Source: Octopus sinensis
Taxonomy: Eukaryota
Direction of reading: 5' to 3'
Assembly (NCBI RefSeq): GCF_006345805.1
Contig: NC_043011.1
Span: 27,912,464 to 27,976,463 of the forward strand
Length of the DNA stretch: 64,000 bases
The translations under genes and the position numbers were made by a program. Below are positions 15,251 to 28,339 of the stretch, in pieces (within the stretch, counting starts at the first letter, position 1; the number at the start of each line of letters is the position of its first letter). The notes beneath the pieces were generated by a model. The model made no database searches. It worked only from the letters and a program-made list of their open reading frames with translations, and was not told where the DNA came from.

Positions 15251-15489
15251 TATACATTCACAAAAAATATCTGCAGGACAATACAATTTCTCTAAGATAA
15301 GAGTGATTCATATATTTAATACTACAGACTGCAATAAAATTCTGACACAAATATATATAGAAATCCTGGATTATAGCTCTCTTAGTTGTTTACTGTAATT
15401 AATTTATGAACACGAAATGATGGAGAAGAAAAAATGATTTCAGTAGAATTTGTATGAAGCACTTAGAGTGGCATGACTAAATAATAGTT

Positions 15490-15700
15490 TCTAATTCAAG
15501 ACGAACAGCTGGCAATTTTGAGGGGAAGGGGCTTAGTCAGTATCACCCACTCCGGTATGTGGCTGGCAGCTTTGTGTATCAACTCCGAAAGGATGAAAAT
15601 CAATGAAAATCTCCACCTCTGAACTAAGTGTCAAAAGAAGCAGCGCAAAGTCTTTTTCTATGCTGTAACAGTCTGCCAGCTGGTTGCCTTCCTGGTGCAG
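15490..15700 (-). mobile_element. Decayed SINE family C
   Basis: GCAATTTTGAGGGGAAGG...CCGAAAGGATGAAA...CTGCCAGCT matches the family C reverse complement. Confidence 0.55.
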
Positions 15701-15829
15701 TTCAGGAACGCGCAATATTATGCTTGATTCTGTAGAGATTTGGACGTCTACAGGGATTTTGCTAAATACTTCTTTTTATTCAATTATAAGCTCGAATGGG
15801 AGGTGTGTTCCGTTTAACGTTTATCTGTT

Positions 15830-16031
15830 ACTTGTTTCAGTCACTGGAGTGCGGCCATGCTGGGGCACCGATTTGAAGAACTTCTAATCGAATGAATCGA
15901 CCCCAGTAATTTTTTAAAACCTGGTAATATTCTATCGGTTTTTTGCCGAACCGCTAAGCTATGGGGTCGTAAACAGATTAACACCGGTCGTCATGCGGTG
16001 GAGGGGGGACAAACACACATACACACACGCA

Positions 16032-16063
<32 letters not shown>

Positions 16064-16335
16064 GTATACAGGGTGTCCCCCAAAAATGTATACACATAGT
16101 GGTTCGGCAAAAGAGAACGATAGAATAAGTACTAGGCTTACAAAGAATAACAAATTTACTATTATTTAAGGTGTGTATACATTTTTTGGGGACACCCTGT
16201 ATATATATATATATACCATATTTCCCCCTACCAACTCCACTCACAAGGCTTGGGTTGGCCTGAGGCTGTAATAGAAGACACTTGCCGAATGCGTAGGACT
16301 GAACCCGGAAGCTACTTACCACATAGCCAAGCTCA
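15830..16335 (-). mobile_element. SINE family A copy interrupted by a MITE
   Basis: The tail (CTTGTTTCAGTCA...GCGGCCATGCTGG) and head (CTCACAAGGCTT...CTACTTACCACATAGCC) flank the insertion at 16069-16199. Confidence 0.75.
16069..16199. mobile_element. Tc1/mariner-type MITE (131 bp) with a SINE-derived interior
   Basis: 28-bp TIRs CAGGGTGTCCCC(C/A)AAAAATGTATACACA with 1 mismatch; TA on both sides. Confidence 0.85.
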
Positions 16336-17127
16336 CGTTCCTTTGCCTATTCTAAACTTCACTAACTTATATCAAAATACAAAGATTATTGTTTCTTTGT
16401 AAAATCAAATGGAATTTAGTCATTTTAACAAGATTTCAAAATTAATTAAACATCATATGAAATAACTGCATTATGACAGCAATCCTAATCAACATTTATT
16501 TCCATTGCATGCAGTTAATGATTTTAATAATTGCCTTTTATTTCATAATCTTATCGTTGATAAAATAAATTCGGCTCTCCTCCGGCCATTATTGTCAGAT
16601 TAGATTGCTTTGAAATTATACTGCTCTCATTAGGGAATTACAATTAATGTTTAAAATGTCGTTTGATATTGATAGTGATTTCCCATTCTGGCAGTCAACC
16701 ACGGCTACATAAGTGGTCTTTCAATAACTGTTAAAAAATCTCATTTAATTTCTTATTTAACAGATTATGTACACCATAACATTACATTATTTCATTCAAA
16801 TATGAAGTGGAGAGATAATATTTGGTTAAAACATGGAAATAGTCTTCCCCCAACGATCAATTATTTGAAATAAATTCAAAATAACCACCATGGGTGTCCA
16901 AAAACATATCTTCGTAGCATGTGTGATTGAAGCTATTTGAAATGTTATAAATTTAAGAAGACTAAAACGTACACGTTTAAGACTTTTGCCTGTGAAAGCA
17001 GATTAACAGGATGTCATAAATATATGTGTAAAATGCTAAAATATTGGAATAGTTAATCACCAGGATTCGTGGATGTAATATTCTAGAGTTCCTTTTTTTA
17101 TTATACTTTTCAACATCATATTTCCTC

Positions 17128-17570
17128 ACGGTGGTGAGCTAGTAGACTCATTAGCACGCGGGACGATATGCTTAGCAGTATTTCGCCCGTCTTTACGTTC
17201 TAAGTTCAAATTCAGACGAGGTCGACTTTGCCTTTTATCTTTTCAAGATTAATGAATTAGATACTCGTGAAACACTGGGTCGATATAATCAATCACTCCT
17301 CTACTCCAAACTTTCAGGCCTTGTGCCGTTATTAGAAAAGACAATTGTTATTAATGTCAGGCGGTGGGCTGGCAGAATCGTTAGCACGCCGGGCAAAATA
17401 CTTAGCAGCATTTCGTCCGTTTTTACGTTCTGAGTTCAATTTCCGCTGAGGTCGATTTTCCTTTCATACTTCCCAGATCGATCGAGTAAGAGCCAGTTGA
17501 GCATTGGGGTCAGTATAATCAACTTACACCACTCCAACGTAATTGCATTCCTTGGGCCAAAATTTAAAAC
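17128..17570 (+). mobile_element. Two tandem SINE family C copies (17128-17340, 17358-17570)
   Basis: Two successive heads (GGTGGTGAGCTAGTAGA, GGCGGTGGGCTGGCAGAATCG) each followed by the GAGGTCGA.TTT.CCTTT core. Confidence 0.8.
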
Positions 17571-18740
17571 TAATATTATTATTTTCAAAATTTGAAATTA
17601 CTATCATGTTTAACCACTCTTACAGAGATATAGAGTTATAGGTTAGCAAAAGGGGATTAAAAAACACAGACTCACGGGCTATTTTTAGACAAGAATCTTG
17701 GTTTAGATGTTTGCAGTAGAGAAAACTCGGTTAAACATGTCCAGGGATATATTTTCCTGACAAGTGAACCTGTATAGGCTTTCCATTTGATTTGAATTCC
17801 TACAGCAGTGATACGGTGTTTTGAAATTGTTACATAGTCCGTTTGAGAAGAGTAAATCCAGTAGTATACACTTAAGCCGCTATAGACAATAAAATTATAT
17901 ATACTTTCGTTTCGGAAAGAATTTAAAAGAGTACAAAAAAATGTTGGACACCGGAGAAGCAGTGAAAAGAAGAGTAGAGTAACGTCACTTAATATATAGT
18001 CATCAGTTTAATTCCCAGCGATGAGTTTTGTCCTTCAGCAAGTCTCTTTACCTCAAGTTGATCCAGTCCACTCAGCTGGCGAAAATGGCCATCCTTGTCT
18101 TTCAAATGTTTTACATGTTTCTCGCTGGATCTCCCTGAGAACTACGTTAAGGATAGACGCGTTTGTAGTGTGCTCAGCCACTTGCACGTTAATTTCTCAA
18201 GCAGGCTGTTCCGTTGGTCGGAGCAACTGGAACCCTTGTCGTCGTCGTAACCGGCGGAGTGCCAGTTAACAGCGTCAGTCCCTTCTGTGTTCTCGAGCAT
18301 ATTGGGCTGCACTGGTTTCTGTTGGTGGCCATATGTTTGTGTAGCTGCCACTGGTTTGTGTTCGCTGCCACTGGTTTCTCGTGGCTGCGATTTTCTCTGC
18401 ACTTAATTATGTGATTTTTTCACATCGTTTACAAAAATGCACTGCACCATGAAGTTTTTCCATCTTCCTCCCTTTTCAATTCTCTCCGGTGGTTTCTATT
18501 GAAGGCTGTTTTATAATGGCATCATTTTGGTTAGCGGAGTGTGTGACCTGACAGTTTTCATATTCGTTCTGTGACAATTGTGCTTAGTGGTCATCAACAT
18601 CAAGATAAATATTTTTTTATAAGTAAATATATGATTCTATTAAGAAGTATACAAAAGTGAATGCTAATCTAAATATGCCATACATGTGTGTGTGAGTTTG
18701 TGTGATATAAGTGTGTGTATCTATCTATCTCTCTTTCTAT

Positions 18741-18773
<33 letters not shown>

Positions 18774-18880
18774 ACAAAGTGGAGTTGTAAGGTACCACAC
18801 GAGTGGAATTATATACGAAAGGTTTGAAGGTGCAATTTTAGATGTTTATTTACATCTTTTAAAATTGTATTTTCAGACAT

Positions 18881-19030
<150 letters not shown>

Positions 19031-19404
19031 GCAATAATAAATCTCTGAAGGATAAACAGATATTCATATACATATATGTATATAATTGTGAGTGCGTACG
19101 TGTGCGCGCGTGCGCATGTGTTCATAGATACAAAAACTAACATGTTTGCATATGCCACTGTAAGAAAGATTTATAGACTTACCATCGCTTTCCAGTGAAA
19201 AGAAGTATATTTCATTTTGTTGAATGCTTTCTTAGCGAGACTCTATTTCAGGTTTCACGTCATAAATAATTAGCACGAAAATACGAGGTTGCTAGATAAA
19301 TATATAAACTTAGAAATTCCCGAATGCGTTCTTAATGAGATTCTACGAAGCGTATGATAAATGAAATCAATGTAACTTCATTGTGCGATCTTATTTTGTT
19401 GTAT

Positions 19405-19620
19405 CCTTTTACTTGATTCAGTCACTTGACTGCGGTTATGCTGGAGCACCGCCTCCAGTCAACTTAATCTTTGTAAGCCTAATACTTATTCTATCGGTCT
19501 CTTTTGCCGAACCGCTAAGGTACACAGGACGTAAACACACGGTTGTCAAGCGAAAGTTGGGGACAAACACAGACACACAAATACACAAACACACATATAC
19601 ATATATATATATATACATAC
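19405..19620 (-). mobile_element. 3' half of SINE family A
   Basis: GACTGCGGTTATGCTGGAGCACCGCC...CTATCGGTCTCTTTTGCCGAACCGCTAAG. Confidence 0.75.
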
Positions 19621-19662
19621 ATGTATATATATATACATACATGTGTATGTATATATATACAT

Positions 19663-19697
<35 letters not shown>

Positions 19698-19920
19698 GTA
19701 GTAACAGAAAGGAGCAATTTCAATTATCCCCACGTGGTGAGTTGTAATGTATATAGGAAATTAAAAATGGAAAATACGCACACTTTACATAGTTTTAACA
19801 TAATCTTTAATATATCGACCGGTTTTGCCATCACTATTCATGATATTACGTTTTACTTATTTGAATATGTATCTTTTCTTAAAAAGAAATTTTGTCCATG
19901 TTGTGTGTGACGATATATAC

Positions 19921-20680
19921 GAGTGAATGACTTCACAAGTAGAAAAATAAGGTGAGGTAATTGGTTATTGTTATTATTGTTATTGCTGTGGGTAAGGGAG
20001 ATAACTGTTCAGCTTTCGGTAATGGGAGGGGAATACGTATGTACAGACAAAAATAGGTTTCGAAAAGCTTGTTTAGTGAGGGGATTTATATACAGTGATG
20101 TAATCGTGAATTGAAATATGTAAAAAGATAAAAGTTGGTTATGTGTGCATATTAAGACGTGTTCTGTATTTTCCGATGAAAAAATTTCTTTATTTAAACA
20201 TTCTTGCGGAGATATTGTGTCTTTGCACTAGTAGAAGGGGAAAACTGTGAAATTTGGCTTGATATTATCAGCACATTTTTCTATATGTTCACTGAGAGGA
20301 ATTTGACTGTATTGCGGGAAACGGATTTGCTCTTTATGTAGAGTGGTTCTCTTTCTCAAGATCATACTCGTCTGTCCAATATAGTTGTGTCAGCAACCCG
20401 AGCAGGTTATTACATAAATTAGGTTCCCAGAGGCACAAGTGAAACTAGTTTTAATTGTGAACCTCTGTCCTTGTTTGAAAATAAATCCGAGCCTTCAAGT
20501 AGGTTAGGGCGGGTTCCACAGTTTGGGCGTCCACATTTTCCAGCCGTTGGTTTCGTGGTTGTTTTGTAAAGCTTCGCATTTGTTAGTAGTTTCTTTACAT
20601 TTGATGAGTTTGTGCGTTTTCAGGATGTCGTTCATTTTTGGATGGCTAGTTAGTAAAGGAAAATTTTGCACAATAGTGTT
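19921..20680 (-). mobile_element. Penelope-like element relic: GIY-YIG endonuclease region and 3' flank
   Basis: Minus-strand translation gives GQRFTIKTSFTCASGNLIYVITCSGC*HNYIGQTSMILRKRTTLHKEQI..PQY..IPLSEHIEKC, a GIY-YIG signature. Strongly similar to 34769-35380. Confidence 0.85.
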
Positions 20681-20699
20681 GAATGTCCCCCAAAGAGAT

Positions 20700-20975
20700 C
20701 CTTTGTAAACCTAGTACTTATGCTATTGATCATTTTTGTCGAGCCGCTAATTTTACGGGGATGGAAACGCACCGATATCGGTTGTCAAGCGATGATGGGG
20801 GGCCAAACAGAGACACACAGATATATATACGACGGTTTCTTTCCGTCTACCAAATCCACTAAGTCTTTGATCGGCCCAAAGCTATAGTAGATGACTCTTG
20901 CCGAAGGTGCCATGTAGTTTGACTGAACTCGGAATCATGTGGTTGGTAAGCAAGCTACTTACCATATAGCAACTC

Positions 20976-20977
<2 letters not shown>
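20700..20977 (-). mobile_element. SINE family A
   Basis: Ends ...GGTTGGTAAGCAAGCTACTTACCATATAGCAACTCC, the reverse complement of the family A head. Confidence 0.78.
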
Positions 20978-21013
<36 letters not shown>

Positions 21014-21017
21014 TATA

Positions 21018-21070
<53 letters not shown>

Positions 21071-21929
21071 GAATATATAAAATTTTATATACAGAAGGGT
21101 GAAAATTTTAAATAATTTATACAAGTGATTAGCATGCGTAATAAAAGTGAGAAGACATATTTTTTAGATATAACAGTGTATGAAATATACACGAAGAGAA
21201 AACAATCCATGCTAAAAATGGCAATCAAAGGCCAAAACCATGAAAAATCATTATTAAATTAAAGCACATTGTTTGTACTCGAGCAAGACAGTTGAGTGAA
21301 TAAAAATTTCAGTTAACCTTTATACCCTCGAGTTTTACCATAAATGCCCTTATAAATAAACTAATCATCTGTAGCTCGTCAGTAAGGCCGCTCTAAAATG
21401 TATAAATATAAGACTACAATACGTACCGAAAGCTCAAAATAACCACATGTGCATTCAGTTCCATCTTTATACACCAAGAATTCAAATCAATTGCTTTCAA
21501 GCAACGTACCAAGCCAAAGTAGTACAGCATAGTAATAAAGTGTGTACTATCCGGCCGGAGAATTTAAATATTTAACTTTATAAATACAAGGGTAAAAATT
21601 ATTAAATAATTTACACCAGTGGTTAGCATGCGAAATAAATGTCAGCAGACATAAATGTCTTTATATATAATAGTGTATAAAGTATACAGAGAGAGAAAGC
21701 CATCTTGTGGGTTTCTTACATGCTAAAACTGGCAGTCATAGGCCATGCTTGAAGGCATTCGATTTGAATTTTTTTATGCATAAAGGTGAACCTGAATGCG
21801 TATGTGTTTACTTTGTGTTTTCGGTACGTATTGTAGTCTCATATTTATATATTTTAGATCTACCTTACTGACGAGGTATGGATGCACAATGCTTCAAGCG
21901 AACTACAATACTCTCCTATATATATATTT

Positions 21930-22150
21930 ATGTGTGTGTGTTCTTGTCTCTGTGTCTGTCCCTACGACATTGTTTGACAATACTGGTGTGCTTATGTCCA
22001 CGTAACTTAGCAGTTCGACAAAAAAAAATAGAGCCCGATAGAATAAGTACTAGGCATACAAAGACTAAATCTTTGGTGCTGACTTTTCGACTAAAGTTAA
22101 GGTGGTTCTCCAGCATGGCCGCAGTCGAAGGACAGAAACAAAACAAGTAG
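21930..22150 (+). mobile_element. 3' half of SINE family A
   Basis: TGACAATACTGGTGTG...CGATAGAATAAGTACTAGGC...CTCCAGCATGGCCGCAGTC. Confidence 0.75.
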
Positions 22151-22309
22151 AATATAATTTCTCGTCGCTGATTTACTATAACAGACATGTGCGTACAAAA
22201 CACACACAGGGAGATACACACAAATATATGATGATGAAAAAGTGTATCTACATATCTAGAAGGTAACGAGTGAAACGTGAAAATATAAAGGCGGCGAAGA
22301 AAAATACAA

Positions 22310-22560
22310 AATAAATGCGCCCTTTTAAAGCCTGGCCAGGCTCATGGGCCCGGTTTCCCGGTTTCTATGGTGTATGTGTTCTCCAGCTGGACGGGACGCC
22401 AGTCCATCGCAGCGTTACTCATTTTTGCCAGCTGAGTGGACTGGAGCAACGTGAAATGAAGTGCTTTGCTCAAGAACACAACACGCCATCCGGTCCAGGA
22501 ATCGAACCTACAATCTTACGATCATGATGCTGACAGCCTAATCACTAAGCCACGCGCCTC
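22310..22560 (-). mobile_element. tRNA-head SINE family B, well preserved
   Basis: Minus strand reads GGAGGCGCGTGGCTTAGTGATTAGG...GGTTCGATTCCTGGACCGG. Homologous to 59385-59595 and 52068-52290. Confidence 0.85.
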
Positions 22561-24009
22561 CACAAAGGCAGCGAATAGATAATGAATAAATATGAAAATT
22601 AAAGAAATGATGGATAGCAAAGTATTAACAATTTTTCTAATAATGATGATGCTGACTGTCATTATCATACTGATATTTTAACCCATTTCTTCAAACGTTC
22701 CAGAAAATTCACAAGTGATTCTCAAAAGAAAATATTCTAGATACGAAATCGTACGAAAAGATTTCTTTAAAAAATATCTGTAAAGAAGTTGTGTACATTA
22801 TGGCTTTATGTTAATCTTTAAAGAAAATGTCTAAGAATATCTCTTGAGTATTATTGTGAAAAAAAAAAGAAAAGTCCGCATAAAATAAAGATTTGACATG
22901 GGAAAAAGAGACTGCATATGCGTATGTGGATTGACTACATAAAGTAAATTTTGGGTGATATACATTGATGAGAAGAGTCGATAACTATTTTAAAAAGTAC
23001 GAATGGTTATGAAAATAAAAATATTGATAGCAGTGATAATGCAAGTGAAGTAACGATGATACTACTGTCTGTAGTATTTTATGTAAGGATAGGGCTATGC
23101 TGTTGAAAGTGCGAATGAGATATACACCCAGCGATTTCTGAGAACACTTACATACAAATTGGAAATTCTATTCGTAGTATAGATGAATATTAAGATGGTA
23201 GATTTAATAACTCTTAAGTTGAATTGGAAAAAATTTAAATAAAAGATGGCATGTAAGTTTGAGGCCGATTTTCTTGTGACCCTTTGGAATTTCAGGAGTT
23301 TACTCTCCATAAGCTTTCAATTGGTAAATATGTTTTTTATTTATCTCTAACCTTGATTTCGAGATGGATCTTTTATTGAGTAAGTTGGACGTGTTTCCTC
23401 AGCGTAAAATTTTAAATATCTTTTTAATCAATTAAAGTTATCCGTGGTCTAACGCTGTCCATTTGACGATAAAATATTTGATGTTTTGGCTTTCAATGAC
23501 CGCATATAACCTGATAGATTTACGGTGGTCGTTCTTGAACTTTGAGTATGAGAAGCTGGTTGAAGTCTCCAAGTTGTGTCTCTGATATATGCGCTCAATG
23601 GACTGTTCTGATCGTTCTAAGATAGTAAGAGAGACGAGTAGTATATGTTTATCTATGAACCCTTAATTTACTCCCAATTTTCTCATCAGTAGAGTGCAGA
23701 TTCAAACTTATTAGCCTATGACTTAAACATTACTATAGACACCTACTTAAATGTGGGCAACTTCCTCGCCTTCACACCAAAATAAAGCACTTACAGTATA
23801 CAGTTATTTGATGTCCATAGCGAAAATGAGTTTAAAAGAGCAATGAAGAGACAGACAAACCTGTACACACAAATACACACATATACATATCAATATCTAT
23901 ATTTGCTTATTTGTTTATGAAGAGTATCAAACATTCACTGTCACTATATACAAGTCCAGTCTCGAACAATGTGTTTTCTCTCTCAGAAAGTCATTAAGAA
24001 AAGCCGACA

Positions 24010-24420
24010 TGGCGGCGAGCTGACAGAGCCTTTAGCACACGGTCAAAAATTCTTAGCGACATTTCGTCCCTCTTCGCGGACCGTGTTGAAATTTCGCTGA
24101 GGAAGACTTTGGCTTCTATCCTCTCAAAGTCAATAAAATAAATAACAGCTGGTCACTGGGATCGATGTAATCAACTTATCCTGACCCTGAAATTGCTGGC
24201 CTTGTGCCAAAAGATTAAAATAAGGCGGCGAGCTGGCAAAAAAGTTAGCACGCCGAGCGAAATGCTTAGCGGCATTTCGTCTGTCTTTCTTTACGTTCTA
24301 AGTTCAAATTCCGAGGTTGACTTTGCTTTTCATTCTTTCGTGGTCAATAAATTAAGTACCAGTTGCGCACTATTCGACTGGCCCCTCCCCCAAAATTTCG
24401 GGCCTTGTGGCTAGAGTAGA
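24010..24420 (+). mobile_element. Two tandem SINE family C copies (24010-24220, 24223-24420)
   Basis: Two GGCGGCGAGCTG heads; the second directly follows the first tail (CCTTGTGCCAAAAGATTAAAATAA). Confidence 0.8.
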
Positions 24421-24734
24421 AAAGAATAAGAGCCGACACAAACCTAGTCAAGCACATCTCTTTGAAAATTATGGCAAGCTGAAGTAGAAAACGTTAGACA
24501 ACGTCAACATCTTCACAGAAACTCTTGCACCGCAGAAAAGATAACCATTTTCTTGCACGAAATCACGGACCTGAATTCATCATAAGAATTAGTGTCTTTT
24601 CACAAACATTTTTAACAAGCCAATCTTGTGGTAGGAAAACAAAACAGAAATAAAGCATACGAGATGTAAAATTACTAAATTATAATCGCATTCTCAAATT
24701 CTTGAAAAGATAATCTATTAGTTATCATCTAAAT

Positions 24735-25066
24735 CAGGGGTCCTCAATCATTTTGGGCTTATGGAACCCTTTGATTACTATTTTATTGTGGTGGACCCCC
24801 ATAGTCATTAATGTTTAAAAATTAGTTTTATAGAAACTTCTCTTTTGTTTCCGTGTAGGTTAATATATGTGAAATGTTAGAGAAAGAAACCTAGTTGGGC
24901 ATTTTTCAATAAAAACCAATACATACATCTAAAGCAAAACATTTTCAGGATCTCTTAAAATACTATTGTGGATTCCCAATTCACTATTTTCTTACTTTGA
25001 CCACCAACCGCACCAAATCATATATGGACCCTCAGGGACAATATGGGCACTAGTTGAGAACCACTG
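24735..25066. mobile_element. hAT-type non-autonomous DNA transposon (MITE, 332 bp)
   Basis: TIRs CAGGGGTCCTCAA / reverse complement CAGTGGTTCTCAA. 8-bp TSD ATCTAAAT / ATATCAAT (6/8 match). Confidence 0.7.
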
Positions 25067-25867
25067 ATATCAATTTCTTAACGTATAATTTCCTTTATTA
25101 TCCTATTCTTATCACATCTCGTATTTTTTTTATGCAGTGATACTACCTTAAACCGAAGTGCGTTAACAGACTTATGTGTATACACATATGTATAGAACAT
25201 ACAACAATCGCATCTTTAACATCTTCGTCCCTGACGTTTCTAAAAATATGTCCTATTTTCAGCATCCTCATCATTAATTTATTAGCCTCTTCACTGTTGT
25301 TATTTTCATATCCATCACTATTTTTACGACTTCCAGCTATCATTTCTTGTATTAAATCATTATCCTCTATACTTCATAGACTCCATAGACTCCACTTTAT
25401 GAATTTCACTCCACAAATTCTTTTGTCCTTGCTATTTCGCCTGAAAAATACTTTTGCTGAATTATTAAAAAAAAATATCTTGATAATTTTATTGAAGAAT
25501 ATTTAAAAACTTTTGTTGGAAATGAACTCGTCATCAATAAAAATTTTGAAGGAGTCTTTTTTTAAAAATACTTATGTTGAAAATCATATATAGTCTTCTT
25601 TTTACATCACTAGACTATTTTTAGATATCTGAAAATATTTCATAAAATATAGGTATCATTTTACTATTACTATTGTTATTATGATTATCGGTATTAGCAT
25701 CATCACAATTTGTTTTTATTATAAAAAGGAATATTTAATACTACTACCCTACACTTTTACCCCCACGCTTTTATGAGTTATATTTTCTTTTTGGATTTTA
25801 TATCTATTATTTTCCTATTTCTATGACTACAATTTCAATGCAATATCATGTTAATATTTTATATTCG

Positions 25868-26050
25868 TAAGGCGTCGAGCTGGCAGAACCGTTAGCACTC
25901 CGTTTGAAATGTTTAGCGGTCTTTCATTTGTCGTTACGTTCTGAGTTCTAATTCCGCCAAGGTCAACTTTACCTTTCATCGTTTCGGAGTTGATAAATAA
26001 AGTACCAATTGCATACTGGGGTCGATCTAATCGACTGCCTCCCCCCACAA
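25868..26050 (+). mobile_element. SINE family C
   Basis: GGCGTCGAGCTGGCAGAACCGTTAGCAC...GGTCAACTTTACCTTTCATC. Confidence 0.8.
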
Positions 26051-26365
26051 TAAAAAAACTTACGGGTTTTTGTGAATATTTAGGATTCCTTTTTATTAAG
26101 TTCCACTGTGGGGCCCCATCGTTCATTTCGCTTGCCGTTCATAGCCAATTTAAAACTTCGCAACTCATACTATTCGGTTATACACTTCCATATCCCCGCA
26201 GCAATAGATTCTCAAAGGTCGATTCATGTATATTTTTTCATGATCTGATCTTATTTTCATCGTTCTATATGTTCAATAATATTCAATTAAACACTAATCA
26301 ATTATTATTCACATGAAAGCAATCAATCAACGATCATCTATTCATGACTATATATACCCTTGAAT

Positions 26366-26416
<51 letters not shown>

Positions 26417-26456
26417 TGTTATATACAATATATATATATATATACTATAACTCATT

Positions 26457-26514
<58 letters not shown>

Positions 26515-27055
26515 TAATTAAAAATAAAAGTAATAATTTTAACGCATGTGTACACGCACACATATACATACACACATAATGAACATGCCTATATTCTCTG
26601 AGTATTTCAAACGTATATTTCAAACGCAATCCTTGTATTGTCCTTCCTACACTCTGATGATTTCCCATTCAAGGTATTTAAAATGGAAAATTGTATATTT
26701 ATATGTTTTGAAATTTCAGTTTTATTTGTGAAATGGAAAAATTGTAGGTGAATATGTTAATTGATTAATTAATTTGTATCCATCAGATCTCCTTGTTTTC
26801 TAACTTAATAATAACGTTTGATATTTTACGATATTTTATGTAATATATTCATTGAAGAAATATCTACAAAATACAATATATTGACCTGTGTATCTTAGAT
26901 ATAATATCACTATAAGAGGTTTAAGTATCCTTATTGTGACTACACACACACACACACTCGCACACATATATATATTCACATATATGGATATATATATTCA
27001 CATATATGGATATATATATATATACATATGCATACATACATAAATATACACATGC

Positions 27056-27739
27056 ATGTATACATACATACAGCTATGTTTTATTTCAACGTATAGCAAA
27101 AATATATCAACCTTTCAATCTTTGCACTTTATTCCATATATTTTTAATAATTTTGAAATCAATATTTTGCCAGTTGATTGTAAAAGTTGTATTAGTGAAT
27201 ATTTCGCTGTAGATGTTATACATTTAAATAACGATATCTCAAATTCCGTAAGAGATTCCGAAAATCGAAATGTTTGGTTAAAAGAACATTTTGCAATTGA
27301 CATCAACAGCCCGTTCGACTACTTTAACCATGAAATTATCTACATTGATTTCCTATCCATAGAAGCAGTCCCTTTAGTCGGATGCTTTCATTCAGATTAC
27401 AGCACTGCAGCTTGTACTGATTCACCTCTCGCTAAGTCACACCAGACGAATTTTTGTATATCACAAAATACAGTTGCATCCATCACAATCCTCCTCATAC
27501 ATCAACAGCCTACTTCCCGAAACGTGCTTTGTAAAGCAGGTGGCGTTACATCCTTAATTTTACACGCGAGCGTCATTGAAATCGTCACATCCGAACCGCC
27601 ACCATTTTCTAATAGTGCCATAGCAATATCCTCTCTGTTAAAGAAACTATCACTATACATAATCATAAAATCTTTTCTAACCCACACTCTTCCATTCAGG
27701 GATGACATGCAAAAAAGAAAGGAACAAACCTTCAGATGA
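27056..27739 (+). CDS. 227-codon stop-free frame outside any recognisable repeat; probable coding exon of an unidentified gene
   Basis: Only long non-microsatellite, non-TE ORF in the window. Candidate acceptors at 27072-73 and 27095-96, and a GTAAGT donor at 27764-27769. No family recognised. Confidence 0.45.
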   Translation: MYTYIQLCFISTYSKNISTFQSLHFIPYIFNNFEINILPVDCKSCISEYFAVDVIHLNNDISNSVRDSENRNVWLKEHFAIDINSPFDYFNHEIIYIDFLSIEAVPLVGCFHSDYSTAACTDSPLAKSHQTNFCISQNTVASITILLIHQQPTSRNVLCKAGGVTSLILHASVIEIVTSEPPPFSNSAIAISSLLKKLSLYIIIKSFLTHTLPFRDDMQKRKEQTFR

Positions 27740-28339
27740 ATACAAATGCAAGACCTCTGCTGAGTAAGTATCTTCCTAAAGAATTCGTATCCATAAAATC
27801 CACAAGCTTTATCTTAGAATCATAGAGAGCAGATGTTCGGACTTCGATTTTAAAACTCAAATTGCGCAGTCTTAACACTGCTTTCATATTAGGAATGTAA
27901 TCTGTTTGTAACTGAAATATGCGTGGCACAATAGAGATGACAGATGAAAGTTTGAAACATTTAAAGTGCTAAAATGAAACAAAGCTTCTTCTCGAATATT
28001 AAAGATAGTGAAAGTCAGATTTAATATTTTAATTTTCTCAGTTACATAATAATTTCAATCACTAACACAACCGTTGCGCCGTTTCGTTCCCGAACTTGTT
28101 TTTTGTATATTATAACAGAGTTAACTCATTGTGTTTTTTACTTATCAAAAATATTTTATGAAGAAATGACATTGTTCTTGGTTCACTATATACACGAAAT
28201 ATGTTTTACACATTGCGTTTTAAAGATATTTTCAAACCGACACTGCGAAATATTGGTGAAGCAAAAATATTTGCAAGATATTTAACAAAAGTAGACCGAA
28301 TATGAACGTCTAACTCAATATAAATTCAACATAATGTTG

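Noticed and set aside
22678-22700. piggyBac-like end (TTAA CCCATTT)
   Set aside because: No matching opposite TIR or TTAA and no transposase motif were found.
27412-27456. C-x13-C spacing suggesting a Cys-loop or chemotactile receptor
   Set aside because: Lacks the FPxD core and the surrounding ligand-binding-domain motifs.
27290-27640. Ankyrin-like words on the minus strand (DIAMALLENG, VERAVDVNCK)
   Set aside because: They fall in different frames with many stops, while the plus strand is continuously open.
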